Of a DNA stretch of 64,000 nucleotides, positions 45,736 to 58,632 are shown one piece after another. The notes beneath the pieces were generated by a model, which had not been told where the DNA came from, made no database searches, and was given only the letters and a program-made list of their open reading frames with translations. This DNA is from Heptranchias perlo. Its lineage: Eukaryota. Made by a program: the position numbers and the translations under genes. The stretch is taken from positions 2,294,001-2,358,000 of the forward strand of contig NC_090358.1 of NCBI RefSeq assembly GCF_035084215.1, given 5' to 3'. The number at the start of each line of letters is the position of its first letter. The first letter of the stretch is position 1.

Positions 45736-47818
45736 TATAATCAGATAGCAGTAATGGCCTTGTCTCTCAGTAGTCTAACTGAGGACAGGCAGCTTGATTT
45801 GAAAGGGCACATACAACAATTTCATCTCTCCCTTCAGTCAATCTGTCTCGCATTGCAATATGCCACACTCCACACCTATTATTACCTAAAGTCATTTTTT
45901 CCATTGATGTGCTTATGAGGTTTTTTTGTGGATTTGAGCATCTGTGTCCTCTGATAACATAGCTTTGCCAATATACTTGTCATCTTGTATTTTAAAAAAA
46001 AAGTTTATGGTATAGTTTCTAACCTCTTAATAACTGAATTCAGCAATGATTTTTCAGTAATGAAGGTACAGTGCATTGGAACACCAGAATGTGGAGGCAT
46101 GGGGTCTTTAGCACATGTGTACATGTCCATGATGTCCTCCTAATTGACAGGATTATCCAATCTGGGCATATTGTCCTGGGGAGATACTGAGTGATGGTCA
46201 ATTGTCGCCATTAATTACACCAAATTTAGATCTAGTATGGGTTGGGTGTAAGACTAAGAGCGATCTACTTTACTCCAACAATGTGCACCCCTATTGCGCC
46301 AGTGTGATCTCCATTTCCTACACTAGCTGTTATCATAGCTTGCCGGGGCAAGGGAGGCCCAAGGCTTCCTCACATGGCCCAGAGGAGCACTTCTGTTCCT
46401 CCTGGCCCAAGAAGGAAACCTTCAGCCAATACAAGAATATAAATAAATTGCTGTAGGTCAGGCGGAGGGCAAACTAAGATCTGGGAGCCAATCAACCAGA
46501 GAGAGCCAGAGAATGCTTTGTGAAGAGAAGAATGTATTGTTTTAATTTTGTGTTCACTGTTAGTGGTATAAACTGGGCGACATGGATATGTTGGGCCGAA
46601 GGGCCTGTTTCCATGTTGTAAACTTCTATGTTCCTGAGTAGCATTTATCCTCTTGTTGAGCCTTGACTTTTAGACCAGTTGTTTAAGAGTTAAATAGCTT
46701 TTGTGACCATGAGTGTATCGTTTGATTATCTAGATTTATTGCTGGCCAGCCAGCTCAATATACTTTTTCATGGCCAAATAAAAATAGATACGATAAAACT
46801 GCTAAAGAAAAGTTCCTGGGGACCTTGTGTCAGGGTTTTAGATAATCCTCCAAGGATAAATTAAAATTCTCATCCTTGTGTTCAAATCCCTCTGGCCTCA
46901 CCCCTCCCTATCGCTGTAACCTCCTCCAGCCTTACAACCCTCTGAGATCTCTGCATTCCTCAAATTCTGGCCTCTTGAGTATCCCTGATTTTCATCGCTG
47001 CACTATTGCCCTGCCGTGCCTTCAGCTGGCCCTAAGCTCTGGAATTCCCTCCCTAAACCTCTTCACCTCTCTACATCAAGTTGACGAATATAAGCTTATG
47101 ACGTGTGAAGCAAGTAATTACAGCAGGTGCAACAGGCACGGGCTTGCAACATCAGGGCCGATTTTTAACCCCGACCACCCGGCGAGAACGGGGTGGGTGG
47201 TTAAAATAGCGGAGTGGCGATTCTCGCTGCATTCTTGACGCATTTGCATCTGCCGCCATTTTAACTGATGGGTGATCGGTACCGTTGGGTTTAAAAGTTG
47301 GGGTCTGATGATGTTATTCGGACTCTGATGCAACTTTAACTGCCGATCGCAGCAGTGACGCTCAGTGCCTGGGCCCCCAGTGAAACCTGGTGGGAGGCAG
47401 GATCGTGGCCTGAAGAGGCCCATGTAAGTTCAAATTTTGATCATTTTAAGGTTTCCTTCCCAGAAGTGCTCTTCTGGGCCCCCACAAGGAACTTTGGGCT
47501 TCTCTTGCCCCAGGCTGCTCTTCTCCTGCCCCCTGACCGCTATCACTCTTCTCAGTCCTGCTCTTGGCTGCTACTTCCCACTGATGTTTCAAGGGATTGA
47601 ACGCCACTGCTCTGTGTGGGCAAGACTTCGAGATCTCATGAGCATTCCAGCTCAGTTTGCAGCAGCATTTGGTCTCTTGGAATAGCAGCAGCAGGTGGGG
47701 GGGATGGAAGAGCTGAGCCTGGGAACGGTGCTGATTTTCATTTGGAAATACATGCACTGCCCCAAAAACGTTGACTGCCATATGGCCAATATGTATGCAC
47801 CGTATGTAGTTGAATATA

Positions 47819-49015
47819 TTTTTTTTATTCGTTCATGGGATGTGGGCGTCGCTGGCAAGGCCAGCATTTATTGTCCATCCCGAAATGCCCTCGAGAAGGT
47901 GGTGGTGAGCCGTCCTCTTGAACCGCTACAGTCCGTGTGGTGAAGGTTCTCCCACAGTGCTGTTAGGTAGGGAGTTCCAGGATTTTGACCCAGCAACGAT
48001 GAAGGAACGGCGATATATTTCCAAGTCGGGATGGTGTGTGACTTGGGGAACGTGCAGGTGGTGTTGTTCCCATGTTCCTGCTGCCCTTGTCCTTCTAGGT
48101 GGTAGAGGTCGTGGGTTTGGGAGGTGCTGTTGAAGAAGCCTTGGCGAGTTGCTGCAGTGCATCCTGTGGATGGTACACACTGCAGCCACAGTGCGCTGGT
48201 GGTAGAGGGAATGAATGTTTAGGGTGGTGGATGGGGTGCCAATCAAGCGGGCTGCTTTGTCCTGGATGGTGTCGAGCCTCTTGAGTGTTGTTGGAGCTGC
48301 ACTCATCCAGGCAAGTGGAGAGTATTCCATCACACTCCTGACTTGTGCCTTGTAGATGGTGGAAAGACTTTGGGGAGTCAGGAGGTGAGTCACTCGCCGC
48401 AGAATACCCAGCCTCTGACGTGCTCTTGTAGCCACAGTATTTATGTGGCTGGTCCAGTTAAGTTTCTGGTCAATGGTGACCCCCAGGGTGTTGATGGTGG
48501 GGGATTCTACGATGGTAATGCTGTTGAATGCAAGGGGAGGTGGTTTGATTCTCTCTTGTTGGAAATGGTCCTTGTCTGGCGCGAATGTTACTTCCCATTT
48601 ATCAGCCCAAACCTGGATGTTGTCCAGGTCTTGCTGCATGTGGGCTCGGACTGCTTCATTATTTGAGGGGTTGCGAATTGAACTGAACACTGTGCAATCA
48701 TCAGTGAACATCCCCATTTCTGACCTTATGATGGAGGGAAGGTCATTGATGAAGCAGCTGAAGATGGTTGGGCCCAGGACAGTGCCCTGAGGAACTACTG
48801 CAGCAATGTCCTGGGGTTGAGATGATTGGCCTCCAACAACCAGTACCATCTTCCTTTGTGCTAGGTATGACTCCAGCCACTGGAGAGTTTTCCCCCTGAG
48901 TCCCATTGACTTCAATTTTACTAGGGCTGCTTGGTGCCACACTCAGTCAAATGCTGCCTTGATGTCAAGGGCAGTCACTCTTACCTCACCTCTGGAATTC
49001 AGCTCTTTTGTCCAT
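47819..49015 (-). mobile_element. CR1-Zenon-like LINE fragment, resuming at 54026-54075 after a CR1 insertion
   Basis: 338-aa RT C-terminal ORF near-identical to the 35076 ORF; colinear sequence TTGTCCAT|GTTTGGACCAAGG split with a CCAT duplication. Confidence 0.92.
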
Positions 49016-52000
49016 AGAACCATAGAAAAAATACAGCACAGAAGGGGGCTATTAGGCCTATCGTGTCCGCGCCAGCTCGAAGAACAACCAGGTGCCCATT
49101 CTAATCCCACCTTCCAGCACCCGGTCCGTAGCCCTGCAGCTTACAGAACTTTAGGTGCAGGGCCAGGTACTTTTTAAAAGAGTTGAGGGTTCTTGCCTCT
49201 ACCACCAACTCGGGCAGCGAATTCCATACACCCACCACCCTCGGGGTAAAAATGTTTTTCCTCATGTCCCCTCTAATCCTTCCGCCAATCAGCTTATAAC
49301 TATGTCCTCTAGTTCTTGAGCTCTCCGCTAGGGGAAACAGGTACTTCCTGTCTACTCTATCTAGGCCCCTCATAATTTTGTACACCTCAATCAAGTCTAC
49401 CCTCAGCCTCCTCTGCTCCAAGGAAAACAACCCCAGCCTATCCAAACTCTCCTCATAGCTGCAATTTTCAAACCCTGGCAACATTCTTGTAAATCTTCTC
49501 TGCACTCTCTCCAGAGCAATTACATCCTTCCTATAATGTGGTGACCAGAATTGCGCACAATACTCCAGCTGTGGCCTTACCAGCGTTTTATACAGTTCCA
49601 TCATTACATCCCTGCTTTTGTATTCTATACCTCGGCTAATAACGGAGAGCATTTTGTATGCCTTCTTCACAACCTTATCTAACTGTACTGCCACCTTCAT
49701 GGACTTGTGCACATGCACTCCAAGGTCTCTCACTTCCTCTACCCCTCTCAATATATTCCCGTTTACTGCGTATTCCCTTTTACTGTTTGCTCTCCCTAAG
49801 GGTATTACCTCACACTTCTCTGGGTTGAACTCCATTTGCCACTTTTCCGCCCACTCCACCAATCCATCGATATCTTCTTGGAGTCTACAGCTATCCTCTT
49901 CACTATCAACTACAGGGCCAATTTTTTGTCGTCTGCAAATTTGCCAATCATGCCCCCTACATTCAAGTCCAAATCATTAATATATACCACAAACAGCAAG
50001 GGACCCAACACTGAGCCCTGTGGCACACCACTGGAAACATTTTTCCCATTCTTAAAGACATCCATCGACTTTTACCCTTTGTTTCCTGTTACTGAGGCAA
50101 TTTTGGATCTAATTCGCCACATTTCCCTGTATCCCATGGGTTTTTTCCTTTCTGACCAGTCTGCCATGTGGGACCTTGTCAAATGCCTTACCAAAATCCA
50201 TGTAGACAACATCCACTGCACTACCCTCATCAATCCTCCTTGTCACTTCCTCAAAGAATTCAATCAGATTTGTAAGGCATGACCTCCCCTGAACAAATCC
50301 ATGCTGACTATCCCAGATTAAACCATGCCCTTCCAAGTGACAGTTTATCCTATCTCTCAGTATTGATTCTAATAGTTTGCCTACCACCAAGGTAAGACTG
50401 ACCGGCCTATAATTGTTCGGCCTTTCCCTCGTACTCTTTTTAAACAATGGTACTACGTTTGCAGTCTTCCAGTCCTCCGATACCTCCCCTGTATCTAGTG
50501 AGGATTGGAAAATGATCCTCAGAGCATCCGCTATTTCCTCCCTGGCTTCCTTCAATAGCCTAGGAAACAATCCATCCGGCCCTGGTGACTTATCAACTTT
50601 CAAGGATTCCAGTCCCTCTAATACTTCCTCTCTCGTTATGTTTACCTTATCCAATATTTCACACCTCTCCTCTTTAACTACCACGTCTGGATCATCCCTT
50701 TCCTTTGTGAATATGGAGACAAAATATTCATTTGAAACCCTACCCACATCCTCTGCTTCTACACACAAGTTACCCTTATCATCCCTGATAGGTCCCACCT
50801 TTTCCTTAGCTATCTTCTTGTTCTTAATCATAAAACATCTTTGGGTTTTCTTTAATCTTACTAGCTAATATTTTTTCATGCCCTCTCTTTGCTTTCCTTA
50901 TTTCCTTTTTTACGTCATCCCTTTACTTTCTATACTCCTCTAGGCTTTTTGCAGTATTTAGTTTTCTGTGACAGTCATAAGCTTTCTTTTTCTGCTTTAT
51001 CTTGCCCCGTATACTTCTAGACAATCGGGGGGCTCTAAGTTTGGCGGTGCCACCCTTTTTCTTTGAGGGGACGTGTCTGCATTGTACCCGTAGAATTTCA
51101 CTTTTTAGTGCCTGCCACTGGCTTGCCACTGATTTCTCCTAAAGTAGTTGTGTCCAGTCCACTTCTGCCAAATCACCTCTTAGTTCTGTAAAATTTGCCT
51201 TCCCCCAATTTAAAACGTTTACTCCTGATTTAACTCTGTCCTTTTCCATAATAATGCTAAAACTAACTGAATTGTGGTCACTATCCCCAATATGTCACTT
51301 CACCCACTTGCCCATCTCCATTTCCCAGGACTAAATCTAGAATTGCATCCCCTCTTGTTGGGCTTGTCACATACTGGCTAAAAAAAAGTTCTCCTGGACA
51401 CCGATCAAGAATTTTGCGCCCTCTGTGCCCCTCACACTGTTTGAATCCCAGTTGATGTTAGGGTAGTTGAAGTCCCCTACTATTATTGCCCTCTTATTTT
51501 TGCACTCAGAAATTTGCCTACATATTTGTTCTTCTATCTTCCTTCCACTATTCGGGGGTCTATAGTACACTCCTAGTAGTGTGACTACCCCTTTTTTTAT
51601 TTCTTAGCTCAACCCATATGGCCTCGATTGATGATCCATTTAGCATATCATCCCTTCTCACAACTGGAATTGATTCTTTAACCAATAATGCCACCCCCCC
51701 CTCCTTTTTTTATTACCCACTCTATCCTGCCTGAAAACTCTATATCCAGGGATATTGAGCTGCCAATTATACCCCTCTTTAAGAAAGGTTTCCGTTTTAG
51801 CAATGATATCATGCTACCATGTGTTTATCTGTGCCCTTAGCTCATCTGCTTTGTTTGTAATACTCCTTGCATTGAAGTATATACCCTTTAACCCCGTCAA
51901 ATTCCTGTGCTGAACACTATTTAACCTTTGCTTCTTTTGCCTTTCTGAGTTGCTAACTACGTCACCAACTGCTTTTCTACTTCCTGTTTCCTGGTCTGAA

Positions 52001-54025
52001 TTTGTCCTATCTGTTCCTGCCCTTTGGTTCCCATCCCCCTGCCATACTAGTTTAAACCCTCCCCAACAGAACTAGCAAATGCCCCCGCGAGGATATTGGC
52101 CCAGTTCTGCTTGGGTGCAACCCGTCCAGCTTGTACTGGTTCTGTCTTTCCCAGAATCGGTCCCAATGCCTCAGGAATTTAAACCCCTCCCTCCTACACC
52201 ATCTCTCAAGCCACGCATTCATCTGGTCTATTCTCCTATTTCTGCTCTCGCTAGCATGTGGCACTGGGAGTAATCCTGAGGTTACTCCCTTAGAGGTCCT
52301 GCTTTTTAATTTATTTCCTAACTCCCTGTATTCTGCTTTCAGGACCTCATCCCTTTTTTTTAACCGATGTCTTTGGTACCGATATGGACCATGACCTCCG
52401 GCTGTTCACCCTCCCCCTTCAGAATGTCCTGCAGCCGCTCCGTGACATCCTTGACCCTAGCACCAGGGAGGCAACATACCATCCTGGAGTCACGTTTGCG
52501 GCCGCAGATACACCTATCTGTTCCCCTTACGATGGAATCCCCTATCACTATTGCTCTCCCATTCTTTTTCCTCCAGTCCTGTGCAGCTGAGTCACTCGTG
52601 GTGCCACGGTCTTGGCTCTTGCTGCTTTCCCCTGATAAGCCATCTCCCCCAACAATATCCAAAGCGGAATATCTGTTTGAGAGGGAGATGGCCCCATGGG
52701 ACTCCTGCTCTACCTGCCTAGTCCTTTTACTCTGCCTGGCAGTCACCCATTTCCTTTCTGCCTGCGTAATCTTTACCTGCGGTGTGACCACCTCACTGAA
52801 CATGCTATCCACGATAATCTCAGTATTGCGGATGCTCCACAGTGAATCCACCCGCAGCTCCAGCTTCGAAATGTGGTTAGCCAGTAGCTGCAGCTGGACA
52901 CACTTCCTGCACACATGGTTGCCGTGTCCATGACTTCCCACATAGTGCAGGAGGAGCATATCACAGGTGTGAGCTCTGCTGCCATGACTTGCCTTAGATT
53001 AAGCTCATTAGTTGCTCCCTTTAAGGAGTTTACTCCTTTAAATTACTCTTAATTTAGAGACTGTTAACTACACTAGGGTTGATTCACTAAAAAACGCTAC
53101 TTGCTATAACTAAATTAAGTTTAGTTTTTTTAAAAAAAATTTAGTTTTATGCTATGTTACTTAGCCCACAGTCCTAAGAAAGAAGAAAACAGAAGAGATA
53201 CTCACCACCAACCACCTACCTGCCTTACCTGTGACGTCACACTGCAGTTTTGTTTTGTTGTTGCTGTGATCCGCTCTCGGTACGCCCCTCTCCGCTCTCG
53301 GTACGCCCCTCTCCGCTCTCGGTACGCCCCTCTCCGCTCTCGGTACGCCCCTCTCCGCTCTCGGTACGCCCCTGTCCGCTCTCGGTACGCCCCTGTCCGC
53401 TCTCGGTACGCCCCTGTCCGCTCTCGGTACGCCCCTGTCCGCTCTCGGTACGCCCCTGTCCGCTCTCGGTACGCCCCTGTCCGCTCTCGGTACGCCCCTG
53501 TCCGCTCTCGGTACGCCCCTGTCCGCTCTCGGTACGCCCCTGTCCGCTCTCGGTACGCCCCTGTCCGCTCTCGGTACGCCCCTGTCCGCTCTCGGTACGC
53601 CCCTGTCCGCTCTCGGTACGCCCCTGTCCGCTCTCGGTACGCCCCTGTCCGCTCTCGGTACGCCCCTGTCCGCTCTCGGTACGCCCCTGTCCGCTCTCGG
53701 TACGCCCCTGTCCGCTCTCGGTACGCCCCTGTCCGCTCTCGGTACGCCCCTGTCCGCTCTCGGTACGCCCCTGTCCGCTCTCGGTACGCCCCTGTCCGCT
53801 CTCGGTACGCCCCTGTCCGCTCTCGGTACGCCCCTGTCCGCTCTCGGTACGCCCCTGTCCGCTCTCGGTACGCCCCTCTCCGCTCTCGGTACGCCCCTCT
53901 CCGCTCTCTAAACAATTGCATCTCACCCCTTACTGCACCGAATCCCCTCACTCACCAAATTCCCAATTATAGACTCTGTCGAAACCAGACTCCATCGATA
54001 GCTGCTACTCCGTGCGTTAGCAAAA
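49016..54025 (-). mobile_element. Essentially full-length CR1 LINE (5' UTR, ORF1, ORF2, 3' tail), disrupted
   Basis: ORF1 ~52050-52985 with CxxC pairs, a coiled coil and SGNH esterase IVIGDSIVRG; ORF2 fragments YYRPP, GDFN, PGPDG, FDKVPH and LYKTLVRPQLEY with an internal RT deletion; 4-bp CCAT duplication at the ends. Confidence 0.92.
53270..53908. repeat. 21-bp minisatellite (CCGCTCTCGGTACGCCCCT[G/C]T), ~30 units, in the CR1 5' UTR
   Basis: Direct reading; C variant in the first four and last two units, G variant in the middle. Confidence 0.97.
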
Positions 54026-54158
54026 CCATGTTTGGACCAAGGCTGTAATGAGGTCTGGAGCCGAGTGGTCCTGGCATGTCCTCAACTCTGTTCATTAACT
54101 GATTCAGTACGCAAGAAAGTTTAGTAATGACTAACCTGGTTTGTTAATGGTCTTGCAG

Positions 54159-54299
54159 GAATTGGGCTCGTTCTTCTGCGGAGATGGTTTTCTGGTGGGG
54201 TTTGTAAGAGTAAAGTGCGGCTGGACGGAAAAACGGTGATCGTTACAGGTGCTAATGTTGGGATCGGAAAGGAGACTGCCAAGGACCTTGCTCAGAGAG
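54159..54299 (+). CDS. RDH-like exon 2 (Rossmann TGxxxGIG)
   Basis: ttgcag|GA...G|gtaat, 141 bp; [46 protein letters not shown]. Confidence 0.93.
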
Positions 54300-54943
54300 G
54301 TAATCCTGCCATTAATCATAATGTTTTGTCTTATGTGTAGCTGCTTGCCTTGCAAGACACTTGTTTTTACGTGCAGCTAAGTTGTCTTTTATATCAGTAT
54401 GCCTGACAAATAATGTTGGACATCCTGGGGGTGAAATCGGACCTGGGCGCGGACATGAAACAGGCAGAATTGCTCTTGCCTCCAGTTATAGGACACGCCC
54501 AATTATTCAGTTCTATTGAAGTCAATGGACCTGAAAAACTGAACATTGTATAATGGGCAACCGATGCGATTACCGCCTGCTTTGCGTCCCCTCCCATGTC
54601 CAGTTTCCATGCCCCTCTGTATTTCTGGTTTATAGCTAACCGACTCTAATTCTGCATTGATTGGGCCTGCCACGCACTGTTGCTGCATTGGTTATATATA
54701 AAAGAAGAAAGAAAGAATTTGCATTTATACGGTGCCTTTTATGACCTCGGGACATCCCAAAGAGCTTTACAGCCAATGAAGTACTTTTTGAAGTGTAGTC
54801 ACTATTGTAATGTAGGAAGCACATATTGCAATGTATGCTAGGTGACTTTGACCTCTGGCTCTCAATGGTTCTGTGGCAATTTTCCTTGTATTAAGTTCTG
54901 TTTTAATAATAACAAGCCCAATAGCCTCACTTTATGATTGCAG

Positions 54944-55135
54944 GGGCTCGTGTAATTCTAGCATGCCGGGATTTGGAAAAAGCCAACAAGGTGGCAGCTG
55001 AGCTCAGGAAAGCGAGTGGGAATGGAAATATCTTGGTGCAGAAACTGGATTTAGCCTCGCTGCAGTCTGTACGTTCTTTTGCTAACAGGATCCAGGAAAC
55101 AGAAACTCGCCTGGACGTTCTCATCAACAATGCAG
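54944..55135 (+). CDS. RDH-like exon 3
   Basis: 192 bp; GARVILACRDLEKA...LDLASLQSVRSFA...RLDVLINNA-G; ends at a non-canonical GC donor (CAG|GCAAGT). Confidence 0.92.
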
Positions 55136-55429
55136 GCAAGTGTTGGTTTATGGAGTAGTCAGACTCCCAGGGCTATCTCCGAGGTACTGTCTCCAATTTT
55201 GAGACCATATTTTCATGAGATTTCCCTTCCCTATGAGCCTGTTTACCAACTGGGAGTAAGTGAAAGAAGAAAAATACTTGCATTCATATAGAATCTTTTA
55301 CATCCCCAGGGCAAAGTCCCACAAAGAACAATGTGATAACGACCAGATAATCTGTTTTAGTGATGTTGGTTGAGGTATAAATATTAGCCAGGACACCGGG
55401 GAGAACTCCCCTATGCTTCTTTGAATAGT

Positions 55430-55659
55430 AAACAATTTTACAACACCAAGTTATAGTCCAGCAATTTTATTTTAAATTCACAAGCTTTCGGAGATTTTCT
55501 CCTTCCTCAGGTAAATGTTTCAAGATCTTGAAACATTTACCTGAGGAAGGAGAAAATCTCCGAAAGCTTGTGAATTTAAAATAAAATTGCTGGACTATAA
55601 CTTGGTGTTGTAAAATTGTTTACAATTGTCAACCCCAGTCCATCACCGGCATCTCCACA
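55430..55659. mobile_element. Penelope-like element forming a perfect palindrome, inserted in a SacSINE1-like copy
   Basis: Palindrome 55428-55623 centred on CAAGA|TCTTG; 12-bp TSD TCTTTGAATAGT at 55418-55429 and 55660-55671. Confidence 0.82.
55535..55575 (+). ncRNA. Minimal type I hammerhead ribozyme motif (mirror copy on the minus strand at 55476-55516)
   Basis: ATTTAC-CTGAGGA-A-GGAGA(AAA)TCTCC-GAAA-GCTT-GTGAAT: stem I of 6 bp, core CUGANGA/GAAA, stem II of 5 bp, palindromic stem III AGCT. Confidence 0.65.
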
Positions 55660-55989
55660 TCTTTGAATAGTGACATGGGATCTTTTGCGTCCACCTGAGA
55701 GGGCGGACGAGGCCTCTGTTTAACGTCTCATCCGACCAGTGCAATGCTCCCGCTGTGAGGATTTTTCAGTCTTGTACACTTTTATCAGGAACTCTTAGTT
55801 TATGCTTTCTTTTGGAACATAATATTGATATTTAATTTTTTTTCTTTCTTTCCTCCTGATCTTGTTTAAAATAATCCTGCACACACAGAAAGGTGCAGCC
55901 CAAGTCCGATGTGCCGTTCACTTCTCGTTCTGGATAGTGCTCGAGTGCCTTATTCTCATGTGATTTTTTTTTTCCATTCATATGTCCAG

Positions 55990-56151
55990 GCATCATGAGG
56001 TGCCCTAAGTGGAAGACTGAGGACGGTTTTGAGATGCAGTTTGGAGTTAATCATCTGGGTCATTTTCTGCTGACCAACCTGCTGCTGGACCTGCTGAAGA
56101 AGTCTGCTCACAGTCGCATTGTTACAGTGTCCAGTTTAGCGCATGTTCGCG
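55990..56151 (+). CDS. RDH-like exon 4
   Basis: 162 bp; [54 protein letters not shown]|gtaagt. Confidence 0.94.
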
Positions 56152-57469
56152 GTAAGTTTATTGCCCCCACTCCCAGTGGCTCGATGAGCAGCTGAGCCCT
56201 ATAGACCAGGAAAGTTCTAGGTATCCCCCTAGTCCAGGGCTAGTCACCTAATTCGCTGATCTCCGGAACAGAGGAGGAGATGTTTGGAGTGTGGTGGGTG
56301 GGGGAGAGGGGGGAGGGAAGAGAGAAATCAGCTCGGGTTCCCATTCTCGATCAGTTTCCAACGACTCTGGTTGAAAGCGGTGGACTGGATCTGGCTCAGT
56401 TATGATGGCCGCTTTGGTTGAATGCTGATAATTACTGTCAAGCCCCCCCGCCTCCCCCTCAATGAATAATGGCCACTTTGGATGCATTAGAGGGTGCCTG
56501 TGGAATCGTATCCCAGCAAAGAGTTAGTGGCTTCTGAAGGGATGAGATGGGGAGAAAACTGGCAAGAAAAAAGGAGGGGTGGGGAGGGATAGAAAGAGAA
56601 AGGAACTGGAAATGCATAAAGGAGAATAGCAAGGACAGAGCAGGCCTCAAATGTACACCACAGAATACAATAAGCTATATTGGCACTTTGTAGAACTGAG
56701 ACTTGCTGAGAACCTGGAGTAATCTGCAAGCTGGTGATCTGCACTATCTAAATACACAAGCTGAAAAGGCTTGAGGTAAATCTGCTCTACAATGAAAGAT
56801 GATTATTTTATACAGCTCCTTTCATGACCTCAGGATGTTCCAAAGCGCTTTACAGCCAGTGAAGTACTTTTGAAGTGTAGTCACTGTCGTAATGTAGGGA
56901 AACGCAGCAGCCAATTTGCGCACAGCAAGGTCCCACAAACGGCAATGAGATAATGACATGCTCGGTTTATCTATATCCATTTCTAATTTTGATTCCAATA
57001 GTTGTACCCAGTGTTCTGTGGCCAGCTCATTAGCTTAGAATCTGATGAGAGGAGGGAGTGAAAAACTGCATGCAATTGAAGTTTAAAGGAATGAGGACAG
57101 TTAAAGGGGAGTGCCATCATAATCTGAAAGCTTTTGGCGAGCCTCAAAAGTCATCTGAATCCATTGTTAGCCTTTGCTACCATCCAGACCTTCAATACTA
57201 TCCCTGAAGTTTTTGAACTTTCAAAAATAACTAATACTTCCCAAATTTCCACACCTATTTTAATATCCTTAGGTGGAAACTGGCCCTGGAAATTTGTCTG
57301 GCTTCAATCCTATTATTTTATTCAACTTACAATGTTTCTGAGTATGCTAATGCATGTAAGTTTCTCTCCACCATTGTTCTCTGGTATCATATCCTCCTTT
57401 CCCATTGTAAGACCAAAGCATAGTAGTTTGGCCATGTCCTCATCCTCTTTATAACTAAATCTGTCTCTT

Positions 57470-57826
57470 ATGAAAGGGTTTGATAGTGTACACATAGAGA
57501 AGATATTTCCACTTGTGGGGGAGACCAAAACTAGGGGCCATAAATATAAGATAGTCACTAATAAATGCAATAGGAAGTTCATAAGAAATGTCTTTATCCA
57601 GAGAGTGGTGAGAATGTGGAACTAGAAGAAGTGGTTGAGGCAAATAGCATAGATGCATTTAAGGGGAAGCTAGATAGGTATACGAGGGAGAAAGGAATAG
57701 AAGGACATGGTGATAGGGTTAGATGAAGAGGTGTGGGAGGAGGCTCGTGTGGAGTATAAACACCGGCATGGACCAGTTGAGCCGAATGGCCTGTTTCTGT
57801 GCTGTGCGTTCTATGTAATTCTATGT
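57470..57826 (+). mobile_element. CR1 3' fragment
   Basis: Same family as 6272-6820; TTCTATG tail. Confidence 0.82.
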
Positions 57827-58632
57827 CTTATGCCAACAGTCAGTGTTTTAAGTTGACTATCAACATTTCAAATCGTGTCAGCTTCTCCATGCTTCACAAT
57901 AAGAAGCAGCTTTTTTCGCCAGGATTGGAGATTCAGTGTCAGCCACTTTACATCATTTGGAGGATGGGACTGGAGCTCAACGGAGCCGATTAGTCTCTTA
58001 TTGGTGCAGACAAACTTGAGGCAGAAAAATTCAAAATGAGTGGTTTGATTTCCAGGTGTATTTATTTAATGATCGACCCCTAAATAGTTATAATTGACAA
58101 ATTGCTAAAATGTAGCTTTTAAAAACTTTTCACTTTCTTAAAAGAAACTTCCTGGGGCATGTCTGGATGTGCCCTGTGTGAAGGATTTATTTTATTCAAA
58201 GTTGGGGGGAGCCACTTTTTAAGATAGGGAGGTTATTCTCTAATGTGAATGATTTAACTGGCTTTATTTGAGCCTTCCTGTCACTGCAGATATAGAATTG
58301 TCAGGGTTTGGAAATAAAATGGGGCAAACAATTGGAGTGGTGATTTGAGTTTTATTTCATTAAAAAAATATTACACTGATACTCAGGCATTACATTATGC
58401 TCCAAAATGCAACAAATCAAGTGGAAAAGGGTGCGGCCTTGCTCCCAGATTATCCTCCTCTTTCCAAAAATAAATCTCACCTTCAGCACTCACTTTAGTA
58501 ATTTCTAAATCCATCTTTGTTGCAAACTTTTTTTAAACGTATTGCAGTAAAAGTGATAAGTCATGAAGATGTCGCTGGAGCTGGAGTTCTGAAAACCCTG
58601 TACACTGCTGCACTCGAACTCCTTCACGCCCA

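Noticed and set aside
47155-47800. GC-rich stretch with several 80-110-aa ORFs
   Set aside because: No domain motifs or splice-consistent exon; the start resembles 40284 and 54428, suggesting an unclassified dispersed repeat
53149-54048. 229-299-aa ORFs on both strands
   Set aside because: The 21-bp unit is a multiple of 3 without stops, giving heptapeptide repeats; artefacts of the array
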